A stretch of 35,571 bases of DNA from a virus (taxonomy: Duplodnaviria > Caudoviricetes). The stretch lies in IMG/VR virus record IMGVR_UViG_3300032155_000034, positions 1 to 35,571 of that record; one strand, 5' to 3'. Positions 16,106 to 25,139 of this stretch are shown here, one piece after another (position 1 is the stretch's first letter; each line of letters opens with the position of its first letter). The notes beneath the pieces were generated by a model that made no database searches, had not been told where the DNA came from, and saw only the letters and a list, made by a program, of their open reading frames with translations. The position numbers and the translations under genes were made by a program.

Positions 16106-16654
16106 ATGCCGCGCCCATCAACCATCAAGAGGTTGCCGCCCGAAGTCCGCGAACGCATCGGCGCGCTCCTTGAACAGGGTCGCACCCTGGACGAGATAGT
16201 GGCCGCCCTGGACGCCCTCGACGTGGATGTCAGCCGTAGCGCCCTGCACCGCTACAAGCAGCAACTCGACAAGGTGGGCGAGCGCATCCGGCGCAGCCGC
16301 GCCATGGCCGAAGCTCTGGCCCAACGGTACGGAGCGGAGCCGGAATCCAAGGTTGCGCGGGTGAACATCGGGTTCCTGCACGCGGCGATCACCGACGTCA
16401 TCAGCAGCGCCGAATCCGAGGACGGCGGGGTGAGCCTGGACCCTCGGGCCGCCATGGAACTGGCCAAGGCGCTGGACCATCTGGGCAAGGCCGCGCGCAA
16501 TGACGTGGAGATGACCGTGCGGATACGCGAGGAAGCCACGAAGGAGGCCACCAGCAAGGCGGCCGCCACGGTGTCCGACGTGGGGCGCGCCGCTGGCGTG
16601 CCGGGTGATGTCATTGACCAGATGATGCAGGCCGTACTCGGGGGTGCTGTATGA
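16106..16654 (+). CDS. terS: Terminase small subunit (Mu gp27/DUF3486)
   Basis: MPRPSTIKRLPPEVRE...VSRSALHRY; directly upstream of the large terminase. Confidence 0.85.
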   Translation: MPRPSTIKRLPPEVRERIGALLEQGRTLDEIVAALDALDVDVSRSALHRYKQQLDKVGERIRRSRAMAEALAQRYGAEPESKVARVNIGFLHAAITDVISSAESEDGGVSLDPRAAMELAKALDHLGKAARNDVEMTVRIREEATKEATSKAAATVSDVGRAAGVPGDVIDQMMQAVLGGAV

Positions 16655-18171
16655 CAACCGCCGGATTCCTTCCGTACCAGTGGGAGCTGCGCGAAACCGT
16701 GCGCACCGCAGAGGTGACGGTGGTCGAAAAGAGCCGCCGTACCGGTTACTCGTGGGCCGCAGGGGCCATAGCCGTGGAGCACGCCGCCCGACGCCGCCAG
16801 GATGGCGGCATGGACGTGTACTACATGGGCTACAACCTCGAAATGGCGCGGGAGTTCATCGAATACTGCGGCGATTGGGCCAAGGTGTTGCAAGTGGGGG
16901 CCGTATCCGTGGGCGAGACCGTGTTCCGCGACCCGGAGCGCCCGGACCAAGACATCAAGGCGTTCCGCATGGAGACGGCGGCGGGCAAGGTTGTGGCGCT
17001 GCCTTCCATGCCTCGCGCCCTGCGCGGCATGCAGGGCCTTGTCATCCTGGACGAGGCGGCGTTCCACGACAACCTGGAGGAACTGCTGAAGGCCGCGTTC
17101 GCCCTGCTGATCTGGGGCGGCAAGGTGCTGGTCATCTCCACCCACGACGGCGACGAGAACCCGTTCAACACCCTGGTCACGGACATCCGCGCGGGCAGGC
17201 GGCCCTACCGGCTGCTGCGCTGCGACTTTGACCGCGCGCTGGCGGAGGGCCTGTACCAACGCATCTGCCAGAAGGGCGGCAAGCCGTGGACGCCGGAGGC
17301 CGAGGCCAAATGGCGGGACGAAATCATCGCCTTCTACGGCGACGGCGCGGAGGAGGAACTGTTCTGCGTGCCCAGCCGTGGCACGGGGGCCTACCTGCCA
17401 TTGGCGTTGCTGGAACTGCGTTCCGACCCCGACATACCCGTGGTGCGGTGGGAACAGCCATCCGGCTTCGCGGAACTGGCGGAGCACCTGCGCGTGGCCG
17501 AGACGCGAGACTTCCTGGGCAACCAGCTTGGCCCGTTGCTGGCCAGGTGCGACCCGGCCCTGCGGCACTACTTCGGCCAGGACTTCGCCCGGCTGGGCCA
17601 CCTGTCCGTGCTCTGGCCGCTGGCCGTGTTGCAGAACATGGTGCGCCGCCCGCCCTTTGTGGTGGAGATGCGGAACATCCCCTTCGAGCAACAGCGCCAG
17701 GTGTTGTTCTACGTGGTGGACAGGCTGCCGCGCTTTGCTGCGGGCAAGCTGGACGCCACGGGCAACGGGGCCTACCTCGCCGAAGTGGCCGCGCAGCGCT
17801 ACGGCCATAACCGCATCGAACAGGTGAAGTTCAGCGAGGGCTGGTACCGCGACAACATGCCCCCGTGGAAGGCCGCGTTCGAGGACTCGACCATCCTGAT
17901 CCCCCGTGACGCGGACGTGATCTCGGACCACCGGGCCGTCAAGCTGGTGCATGGCATCGCCCAACTGCCCAAAGGGGATTCCGGCGGCAAGGCGAAGCGC
18001 CACGGCGACAGCGCCATTGCCAACGTGCTGGCCAACGCCGCCAGCCGGGCCGAAGTCATGGAATACGCCTACGAACCCGCACAACCCACGGGGGCTGGCC
18101 CCCGATACGACGACGATCCGGACGATGCACGGGATGCACCCCGCGCGCGCTTCGGCAAGGGGGCATACTGA
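16651..18171 (+). CDS. terL: Terminase large subunit (Mu gp28)
   Basis: EKSRRTGYSW, VILDEAAFH, GQDFAR, LDATGNG, RHGDSAIA. Confidence 0.92.
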   Translation: MTTAGFLPYQWELRETVRTAEVTVVEKSRRTGYSWAAGAIAVEHAARRRQDGGMDVYYMGYNLEMAREFIEYCGDWAKVLQVGAVSVGETVFRDPERPDQDIKAFRMETAAGKVVALPSMPRALRGMQGLVILDEAAFHDNLEELLKAAFALLIWGGKVLVISTHDGDENPFNTLVTDIRAGRRPYRLLRCDFDRALAEGLYQRICQKGGKPWTPEAEAKWRDEIIAFYGDGAEEELFCVPSRGTGAYLPLALLELRSDPDIPVVRWEQPSGFAELAEHLRVAETRDFLGNQLGPLLARCDPALRHYFGQDFARLGHLSVLWPLAVLQNMVRRPPFVVEMRNIPFEQQRQVLFYVVDRLPRFAAGKLDATGNGAYLAEVAAQRYGHNRIEQVKFSEGWYRDNMPPWKAAFEDSTILIPRDADVISDHRAVKLVHGIAQLPKGDSGGKAKRHGDSAIANVLANAASRAEVMEYAYEPAQPTGAGPRYDDDPDDARDAPRARFGKGAY

Positions 18172-19754
18172 TGCTGTACGATCACCTGGGCAGGGCCGTG
18201 GACACGGGTCGACTGCGCGACGAGGAAGCAGGGCCGACCCTGACCGGCGTGCGGCAAATCATCTCCGGCCATCCGGCCCAGGGCATGACCCCGGAACGGC
18301 TGGCCGCCATCCTGCGCGACGCGGAAAACGGCGACCCGCTGCAATACCTGGAACTGGCCGAGGAGATGGAAGAGAAGGACATGCACTACCGGTCGGTGCT
18401 GGGCACCCGCCGGTTGCAGGTTTCCGGGCTGCCCATCACCGTGGTGGCCGCCAGCGACGACAAGGCCGACGTGGCCGCCGCAGACCTGGTGCGCGAATGG
18501 CTGGAATGGGACGAGGCGCAGTTTGCCCTGTTCGACGTGCTGGACGGCATCGGCAAGGGCTTCAGTTGCACCGAGATCGTGTGGGAAACCAGCGGCAGGC
18601 ACTGGATGCCCAAGGCGCTGATATGGCGCGACCCGCGCTGGTTCCGCTTCGACCCTACCGACGGCCTCACGCTGCGCCTGCTGGACGCTGGGGGGCAATT
18701 ACTGCCTCTGACTCCATTCAAGTTCATTACCCACATACACAAGACCAAAAGCGGCCTGCCCATCCGTGGCGGGCTGGCCTATGCCATCTCTTGGGGATGG
18801 CTGTTCAAGAACTTCGACATCAAGTCGTGGGTGCAGTTCGCCGAGGTGTTCGGGCATCCGCTGCGGGTGGGCAAGTACGACGGGTCCGCAAGCGAATCGG
18901 ACAAGGCGGCTCTGCTGCGCGCCGTGCGCAACATCGCGCGCGACGCGGCGGCCATCATCCCGGCCTCGATGCAGATAGACTTCATCGAAGCCAAGATGTC
19001 CGGCAACATCGACCTGTTCGAAAAGCTGGCCGCGTTTCTGGACCGTCAGGTTTCCAAGGCGGTGCTGGGCCAGACCGGCACCACGGACACCGGCCAGCAC
19101 GTGGGCACGGCCAACGCCCACGAGCGGGTGCGCGAGGACATCGAACAGAGCGACGCGGCCCAACTGGCCGCCACGCTCAACCGCGACCTGGTGCGCCCGC
19201 TCGTGGACCTGAACCTGGGGCCGCGCCTGCGGTACCCGCGCCTGCGCATTGCACGGCCGGATGCCGAAGACACGGCCGCGCTGGTGGGGGCGCTGAAGGA
19301 ACTGGTGCCCTTGGGCCTGCGCGTGGAGGCCAGCGTGATCCGCGACAAGTTCGGCCTGCCCGAACCCGCCGAAGGTGCCGAGGTGCTGATGCCCCAAACC
19401 ACCGCGCAGCCCACTCCGGAACAGGATGCGGCCCCGCAACGGGCAGCGCACGCGGCACGGCCAGGCGCGGACAACGAAGATGCGGACGCGCTGGACATGC
19501 TGGCCGACGAGGCCCTGGCCGACTGGCAACCGCTGGTGGCGGGCATGGTGGACCCGATCCGGCAACTGCTGGACGAGTGCGCAACGCATGATGAGTTCTT
19601 GCGCCGCCTGCCCGAAGTCGTCACGGCGCAGGACACTGCCGCCCTGACCGAGGCGTTGGCCCGGGCGCTGTTTGTTGCCAAGCTGGCAGGGCTTGCCGGC
19701 GCACCCGTCCAGGGCATCGGCGGTGACGGGGATGCGGGGGGCCGCAATGCTTGA
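18171..19754 (+). CDS. Portal protein (Mu gp29/DUF935)
   Basis: LAEEMEEKDMHY, DGIGKGFS, WVQFAEVFGHPLRVGKY, SKAVLGQT. Confidence 0.92.
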   Translation: MLYDHLGRAVDTGRLRDEEAGPTLTGVRQIISGHPAQGMTPERLAAILRDAENGDPLQYLELAEEMEEKDMHYRSVLGTRRLQVSGLPITVVAASDDKADVAAADLVREWLEWDEAQFALFDVLDGIGKGFSCTEIVWETSGRHWMPKALIWRDPRWFRFDPTDGLTLRLLDAGGQLLPLTPFKFITHIHKTKSGLPIRGGLAYAISWGWLFKNFDIKSWVQFAEVFGHPLRVGKYDGSASESDKAALLRAVRNIARDAAAIIPASMQIDFIEAKMSGNIDLFEKLAAFLDRQVSKAVLGQTGTTDTGQHVGTANAHERVREDIEQSDAAQLAATLNRDLVRPLVDLNLGPRLRYPRLRIARPDAEDTAALVGALKELVPLGLRVEASVIRDKFGLPEPAEGAEVLMPQTTAQPTPEQDAAPQRAAHAARPGADNEDADALDMLADEALADWQPLVAGMVDPIRQLLDECATHDEFLRRLPEVVTAQDTAALTEALARALFVAKLAGLAGAPVQGIGGDGDAGGRNA

Positions 19755-21033
19755 GATGCGCCCGCTGCCGCCCGAGGAGGCCGTGGCCTACATCAAGGCC
19801 AAGGGCTACCATCTGCCCGCCACATGGGCCTGGCAGGACATGTGGCAAGAGGCGCACGCCACGGCCTTTACCGTGGCCAAGTCCGCCGGATTCGACATCC
19901 TGGGCGACGTGCATGCGCAGGTGCTGAAGTCTTTGGAGCAGGGCCAGACCTTTCGTGACTTCCAGCGCGAGCTGACTCCCCTTTTGCAAGCCAAGGGCTG
20001 GTGGGGCCGCAAGGAACTGCCGGACCCGACAACCGGCGAGGTGCGCAAGGTACAGCTGGGCAGCCCGCGCAGGTTGCGGACCATCTACGACGTGAACCTG
20101 CGCACGGCCCATGCGTCCGGCGCGTGGGCGCGTGTGCAGCGCACCAAGGACCGCCGCCCGTTCCTGCGGTACGTGTCCATCCTGGGGCGGCGTACCCGAC
20201 CGGTTCACCGGGGGTGGCATGGTGTGGTGCTACCGGCAGATGACCCATGGTGGGATACGCATTACCCGCCCAACGGCTGGCGGTGCCAATGCACTGCCCA
20301 ACAGCTGGGGCAGCGGGACATGGACCGTTACGGCTACACGGTAAGCGAAGCACCGCCCAGCCCCATGCTGCCCTGGGAGAACCCGCGCACGGGTGAGCGG
20401 GTGATGGTGCCCAAGGGCATCGACCCCGGATGGGCCTACAACCCCGGCAAGGCCGCGCTGGAACAGCATGCGGCGCGAACCCTGATGGACAAGCTGGTTC
20501 CGCTGCCGCCGACCGTCGCGGCGCGGGCCATGGCGGAATCCGCAAGGTTTGTGCTGCCCGCGCTGGAAAAGGACTACGCGGCATGGATTGGCGATGTGGG
20601 CAAGCGGGCGGGTAGCGGCGCATTCAGGGCCACTGGCGAGCGCCGGGTGGTCGGGGCGCTCTCGCCGGGTGTCCTGTCGTTCTTTCAGGGGCGCGAGATC
20701 ACGCCCGCGTCGGGCGCCATAACCATTGCAGACGGCGACGTGCTGCACATGCAGCGCAGCGCCAAGGGCAGCAAGCTGCCTGCCGCCACGCTGACCAACC
20801 TGCCCGGTCTGCTCGCAAAGCCGCAGGCCGTGCTGTGGGACAGGCAGGACCCAGGACTGGTCTACGTGTGGAGCGCGGGCGATGCCGCAGAGAAGATCAT
20901 CGTGAAGGTGAACTACGCCACGCGGGTAGCCCGGCAGAAGGTGACGACCAACAGCGTGCGCAGCGGACGCACGACGAGCACCGCCGAGCTGCGCAACAGG
21001 GGCCGTTATGACCTGGTGGAAGGGGATGTGTGA
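19747..21033 (+). CDS. MuF (gp30) head morphogenesis protein with C-terminal PBECR-like nuclease domain
   Basis: HATAFTVAK, LGSPRRLRTIYDVN, HYPPNGWRCQC, IDPGWAYNPG; C-terminal extension LHMQR...LAKPQAVLWDRQDPGLVYV...TNSVRSG. Confidence 0.88.
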   Translation: MLEMRPLPPEEAVAYIKAKGYHLPATWAWQDMWQEAHATAFTVAKSAGFDILGDVHAQVLKSLEQGQTFRDFQRELTPLLQAKGWWGRKELPDPTTGEVRKVQLGSPRRLRTIYDVNLRTAHASGAWARVQRTKDRRPFLRYVSILGRRTRPVHRGWHGVVLPADDPWWDTHYPPNGWRCQCTAQQLGQRDMDRYGYTVSEAPPSPMLPWENPRTGERVMVPKGIDPGWAYNPGKAALEQHAARTLMDKLVPLPPTVAARAMAESARFVLPALEKDYAAWIGDVGKRAGSGAFRATGERRVVGALSPGVLSFFQGREITPASGAITIADGDVLHMQRSAKGSKLPAATLTNLPGLLAKPQAVLWDRQDPGLVYVWSAGDAAEKIIVKVNYATRVARQKVTTNSVRSGRTTSTAELRNRGRYDLVEGDV

Positions 21034-21038
21034 TGGTG

Positions 21039-21145
21039 CAGGCCGCGCCGACGGGGGAACGCCACCCCCCTTTCGCGTCTCCGCTGCCTGGGCGGAGTAT
21101 GGCGGGCCGAAGCGATTTCGCGGCCAGCGCCGGGCGCGGTACCTG
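21039..21145 (+). ncRNA. Candidate structured RNA (closed multibranch with possible pseudoknot)
   Basis: Closing stem 21043-49/21133-39, three internal hairpins, and loop CGCCA complementary to TGGCG. Folded by eye only. Confidence 0.45.
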
Positions 21146-21269
21146 TATGGACTACATACGGCGGCTCGAAACCCTGCGCAAGAGCGCATCGCGCGAAAAC
21201 GGCCCCTGCGCCCCTGATTTTTTTGATGTGACCGCTTATCCGCCCCGACAGGGTATCGCGCCGCACAGG

Positions 21270-21293
21270 GCGTTCATGAACGTTCGTGAACGC
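21270..21293. other. Near-perfect 24-bp dyad at the position of the Mu strong gyrase site
   Basis: GCGTTCATGAAC-GTTCGTGAACGC; upstream of the protease gene, near the probable prophage centre. Confidence 0.35.
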
Positions 21294-21358
21294 ACCTCCG
21301 TGTGACCATCCCTGCGCGACGGCCAACCCCTTCCCGCGTAGTTTCCCCCACCGCATGT

Positions 21359-21403
21359 TGTGACGGGCGTTAAAAGACGCCGCGACGCCATGCGCCCTAG
21401 AAG
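21359..21403 (+). promoter_or_regulatory. Candidate activator-dependent late promoter (PI-like)
   Basis: CGTTAAAAGACGC (21368-21380) with TAGAAG at the same 30-nt offset as in the lysis promoter. Confidence 0.55.
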
Positions 21404-21409
21404 GGGCGC

Positions 21410-22510
21410 ATGGACACCACACACGACAACCCCCAGATTCAGGCATGCCATGCCGTGGCCTTGGACCACGCGGCTGGCGGCGGCACGGCCACTCCCCCGG
21501 AGTGGGTGCAGCTGATCCCGGCTGGCGAGTTCCGTGGCCGTGACGGCCGTGGCCCGTACCGCAATGACAACCCCGAAGGCATCGTCCGGGCCACCATGGC
21601 CTACCAGGCCGGTGCCGACATCCCCATCGACTACGACCACCAGTCCATCCATTCCGCAGGGAACGGCCAGCCCGCCATTGCCGCCGCCTGGATCAGCCAG
21701 TTGGAAGCGCGCAACGGCGAGGTCTGGGGCCGCGTGACATGGACCGACAGGGGTGCCGCGCACGTGGCCAAGCGTGAGTATCGGTACCTTTCGCCGGTGT
21801 TCCTGCATGGAGCGAAGGACGGGCGCGTCAGCCGCCTCGAAACAGTGGCGCTGACCAACCAGCCCAACCTGCTGCTTACCGCCATCGCCTCCCGCCGCAT
21901 CGGCGAAGAGGCCCAACCCCCGACCAGAGGAGAAGACATGGACCTCAAGAAAACGCTTTCCGGCATTCTCGGACTGTCCCCGGACAGCACCGACGATACC
22001 GTGGCGGCCAAGGTGCAGGGCCTCGTCACCGCAGCGCACAGCGCCAACGCGGGGCTGGTTGCCATCGCCAAGGCCGTCGAAGCGCCGGACGATGCCGCAC
22101 CCGGCGTCATCGCCGACCAGGTGCGCGCCGTGGCCAGCCGGGCGGCCACCCCCGACCCGGCCAAGTTCGTCCCCATAGCCATGTACCAGGAGACGGCCAG
22201 CAACCTGTCCGCCCTGCGCAACGAGGTTGCCGCCACCAAGGCCAAGGACCTGGTGGACCAGGCCAAGGCGGCCCACAAGGTCACCCCGGCCATGGAGGGC
22301 TGGGCTTCCGACTACGCCACCAAGGACCCCGAAGGGTTCAAGGCGTGGATGTCCGCCTCCGTTCCCGTGGTGACGCCCGGGCCCGACGCTGCCGCCGGTG
22401 GTCCGCCCCATGGCGGCGGGAAGCTGACCGACACGGACCGCGCGATCTGCTCGCAGCTGGGCCTCTCGGAAGAGGAATACGCCAAGAACATCGGCAAGGA
22501 GGGTGCGTAA
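21410..22510 (+). CDS. Prohead protease I with C-terminal scaffold region
   Basis: WVQLIPAGEFRGRDGR, IPIDYDHQ, EYRYLSPVF, VALTNQPNL. Confidence 0.92.
   Translation: MDTTHDNPQIQACHAVALDHAAGGGTATPPEWVQLIPAGEFRGRDGRGPYRNDNPEGIVRATMAYQAGADIPIDYDHQSIHSAGNGQPAIAAAWISQLEARNGEVWGRVTWTDRGAAHVAKREYRYLSPVFLHGAKDGRVSRLETVALTNQPNLLLTAIASRRIGEEAQPPTRGEDMDLKKTLSGILGLSPDSTDDTVAAKVQGLVTAAHSANAGLVAIAKAVEAPDDAAPGVIADQVRAVASRAATPDPAKFVPIAMYQETASNLSALRNEVAATKAKDLVDQAKAAHKVTPAMEGWASDYATKDPEGFKAWMSASVPVVTPGPDAAAGGPPHGGGKLTDTDRAICSQLGLSEEEYAKNIGKEGA
21938..22510 (+). CDS. Nested in-frame scaffold protein (Mu Z equivalent)
   Basis: Internal GAGGAG RBS before ATG 21938 (MDLKKTLSGILGL), immediately after the protease domain. 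Confidence 0.62.
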   Translation: MDLKKTLSGILGLSPDSTDDTVAAKVQGLVTAAHSANAGLVAIAKAVEAPDDAAPGVIADQVRAVASRAATPDPAKFVPIAMYQETASNLSALRNEVAATKAKDLVDQAKAAHKVTPAMEGWASDYATKDPEGFKAWMSASVPVVTPGPDAAAGGPPHGGGKLTDTDRAICSQLGLSEEEYAKNIGKEGA

Positions 22511-22912
22511 ATGGCAGCCCTGACCAAGGACAGAGACACCCCGCGTCGCGATGACTCGCGCTACGGCTATCCGGTGGCCGCATCCACCAGGCTGTACGTG
22601 GGCGGTCTGGTAGCCCTGAATGCCAGCGGCTTCGCGGTGCCCGCGTCTGCCGTGGCCACGCTGACCGTGATGGGCGTGTCTGTCGCCCCGGCCGACAACA
22701 GCACCGGCGCGGCGGGCGACATCAACGTGCTTACCGAAACGCGCGGCGCGTTCAAGCTGGCCAACGACGGCAGCATCACCCGCGCCCATGTGGGCAAGAC
22801 GGCCTACGCCGTGGATGACCAGACCGTGGCGGCCACCGACGGCAGCGGGACGCGCCCCGTAGCCGGGATCATCAAGGACCTGGACGCCTCGGGCGTGTGG
22901 GTCGGGTTCTAG
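22511..22912 (+). CDS. Capsid cement/decoration-type protein
   Basis: Beta-rich 133-aa protein between the protease and the major capsid gene; MAALTKDRDTP...GVWV. Confidence 0.68.
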   Translation: MAALTKDRDTPRRDDSRYGYPVAASTRLYVGGLVALNASGFAVPASAVATLTVMGVSVAPADNSTGAAGDINVLTETRGAFKLANDGSITRAHVGKTAYAVDDQTVAATDGSGTRPVAGIIKDLDASGVWVGF

Positions 22913-22920
22913 GAGATACC

Positions 22921-23811
22921 ATGCATATCAACGCACAGAGCCTTCAGGCGGCCTTCACCGGCTTCAAGCTGATCTACCAGCAGGCGTTCGCGGGCGTGAC
23001 GCCCGATCACGAACGCATCGCCATGGTCGTGAACAGCTCGACGAAGCAGGAAACCTATCCCTTCCTGGGCAAGACCACCGGCTTCCGCGAGTGGGTCGGC
23101 GACCGCGTGGTCCAGAACCTGAAGAGCCACGACTTCACCATCAAGAACAAGTCGTTCGAGAATACGGTGGGCGTGGACCGCGACGACTTCGAAGACGACA
23201 CCCTGGGCATCTACTCGCCCATCTTCGCCCAGCTCGGCCAGGACGCCGCGGAACACCCCTCGCAGCTGGTCTACGGGCTGCTGGCGTCCGGGTTCACTGG
23301 TCGTTGCTACGACGGCCAGTACTTCTTCGACATCGACCACCCGGTGCTGGACGAAAGCGGCAACGAGATCAGCGTCAGCAACTTCGGCGGCGGCACCGGA
23401 ACCGCGTGGTACCTGCTGGATGTTACCCGTGCCATCAAGCCGCTGATCTTCCAGAAGCGGCGCGATTACACCCTCGTGCGCATGGACCAGCCCACCGACG
23501 AGGCCGTGTTTACCCGCAAGGAATACCGCTACGGCGTCGATGCCCGCGTGAACGCCGGGTTCGGCCTGTGGCAGCTGGCCTACGCCAGCAAGCAGGAACT
23601 GACCACCGCCAACTATGCTGCCGCGCGCGAGGCCATGCAGGGCATGAAGGGCGACAAGGGCAGGCCGCTGGGCGTGAAGGCATCGTTGCTTGTGGTGCCC
23701 GCCACGCTGGAACAGCAGGCCCTGGAAGTGGTCAAGCGCGAACGCGACGCCAGCGGCGCCACCAACGTCTACCAGAACTCGGCGGACATCCTCGTTTCGC
23801 CGTGGCTGTAG
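22921..23811 (+). CDS. Major capsid protein (Mu gpT family)
   Basis: FREWVGDR, CYDGQYFFDIDHPV, KPLIFQKR, YGVDARVNAGFGLWQLAY; AGGAG RBS. Confidence 0.93.
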   Translation: MHINAQSLQAAFTGFKLIYQQAFAGVTPDHERIAMVVNSSTKQETYPFLGKTTGFREWVGDRVVQNLKSHDFTIKNKSFENTVGVDRDDFEDDTLGIYSPIFAQLGQDAAEHPSQLVYGLLASGFTGRCYDGQYFFDIDHPVLDESGNEISVSNFGGGTGTAWYLLDVTRAIKPLIFQKRRDYTLVRMDQPTDEAVFTRKEYRYGVDARVNAGFGLWQLAYASKQELTTANYAAAREAMQGMKGDKGRPLGVKASLLVVPATLEQQALEVVKRERDASGATNVYQNSADILVSPWL

Positions 23812-23821
23812 GGGGTGCCGC

Positions 23822-24229
23822 ATGCCGACCATGATCCGCATCACCTCGAAGCGTGACGGGTTCCGCCGGGCTGGCATGGCCCACAGCGGCACCCGCGATT
23901 ACCCCGCCGGGACGTTTACCGACGAGCAACTGGAGGCCCTGACCGGCGAATCCATGCTGGTGGTGGACGAGGTGGACGTTCCCGACCTGTCCGACGGTGA
24001 CGATGACGGCACCGGTGCCAAGCCCGCCAGCCCTGCCAAAGCCGCCAAGGGTGGCAAGCCCGCAGGGGGCGGCAAGAGCGAACAGGCCAAGGGGAATGGG
24101 GGCAAGGACGAAGGCAAGGAAGAGGACAAGCCCGACACCGGGACCAACGACAAGGCCGAAGCCGCCACCGGCTCTGGCGACGCCGCCCCCCAGAACACCG
24201 GCAACGCCCCCGCCAGCGGCGGCCAGTAA
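23822..24229 (+). CDS. HI1506/Mu gp35-like protein with low-complexity tail
   Basis: IRITSKRDGFRRAGMAH...FTDEQLEAL...MLVV, then a Gly/Lys/Asp-rich disordered tail. Confidence 0.75.
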   Translation: MPTMIRITSKRDGFRRAGMAHSGTRDYPAGTFTDEQLEALTGESMLVVDEVDVPDLSDGDDDGTGAKPASPAKAAKGGKPAGGGKSEQAKGNGGKDEGKEEDKPDTGTNDKAEAATGSGDAAPQNTGNAPASGGQ

Positions 24230-24241
24230 GGAGAGCGGGCG

Positions 24242-24655
24242 ATGTACGCGACCATCGGCGACATGGAGGCACGGTTCGGCCAGCAGGAACTGGTGGAACT
24301 GACCGACACGGAACTGACAGGGGCCGTTGTCGAGGCCGTGGTGGAAACCGCCCTGGGCGACGCCACGGAGCTGATCAACGGCTACGTGGCCCCGCGCTAC
24401 CGGGTGCCGCTGCTGCCCGTGCCCGACATGGTCCGCCGCTGGTGCTGCGACATCGCCCGCTTCTACCTGCACAAGGCGGGCGTGCCCGATGTGGTGAAGA
24501 CCGGGCACGAGTCCGCCTTGCAGGGCCTGCGCGATGTGTCGCGAGGCGTTGTGCAGTTACAGGCCACTGGCGTGGAAACGCCCGGCGCATCCGGTGAAAC
24601 GGTGCTGGCCGTGGGCGGGCGCGTGTTCACCGACGGCAGCATGCGGGGGTTCTGA
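24242..24655 (+). CDS. Head-tail adaptor (Mu gp36/DUF1320)
   Basis: MYATIGDMEARFGQQELVELTD...INGYVAPRY...CDIARFYL. Confidence 0.88.
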   Translation: MYATIGDMEARFGQQELVELTDTELTGAVVEAVVETALGDATELINGYVAPRYRVPLLPVPDMVRRWCCDIARFYLHKAGVPDVVKTGHESALQGLRDVSRGVVQLQATGVETPGASGETVLAVGGRVFTDGSMRGF

Positions 24656-25137
24656 TGGCTGGCGGCATGACCTTCACCGTCCGGACCGGCGGGCTGGACG
24701 CCATCGAAAGCGCCCTGACAAGGCTGGCCGCCCGTGCGGACAACCTGCTGCCCGCCATGGACGAGATCGGGTCGCAGATGTTGCAGCGCACGCAGCGTCG
24801 GTTTGAGGAGCAGCAGGGGCCGGACGGGGCCGACTGGCCCGCACTGTCGCCGGTGACGGTCAAGCGGCGCGGCGATGCCGAACCCATTCTGCGCATCTCG
24901 GGCGACCTGTACCGCAGCGTCTCCTACCGGCCCAGCCGCGATCATGTGGAGTTGGGCACCAACTGGCCCTATGCGCGCGCCATGCAGCTGGGGATATTGC
25001 GCGGCGCTTCGGGTCGCACCCGGCGCGGCGGCCCCATTCCGTGGGGCACCATTCCACCCCGCCCGTTCCTGGGCATCTCCGACGACGATGGCGCCGACGT
25101 GCTCGACATCATCCAACACTACCTGGAAGGGGCCTAA
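24655..25137 (+). CDS. Virion morphogenesis protein (Mu G/P2 S family)
   Basis: TQRRFEEQQGPDG.WPALSP, GTNWPYARAMQLG, IPPRPFLGIS. Confidence 0.88.
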   Translation: MAGGMTFTVRTGGLDAIESALTRLAARADNLLPAMDEIGSQMLQRTQRRFEEQQGPDGADWPALSPVTVKRRGDAEPILRISGDLYRSVSYRPSRDHVELGTNWPYARAMQLGILRGASGRTRRGGPIPWGTIPPRPFLGISDDDGADVLDIIQHYLEGA

Positions 25138-25139
25138 CC

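Noticed and set aside
21039-21145. Cloverleaf-like fold as a real tRNA or a solitary CRISPR repeat (RNA anti-CRISPR)
   Set aside because: No T-arm GTTCRA, canonical D-arm, anticodon-loop geometry or CCA end, and no convincing match to type I-C or I-E repeat consensus that I can recall.
21030-21305. 91-aa ORF as a possible immunity protein for the MuF nuclease
   Set aside because: Composition is not protein-like and it overlaps the structured and dyad elements. It cannot be fully excluded without Ribo-seq.
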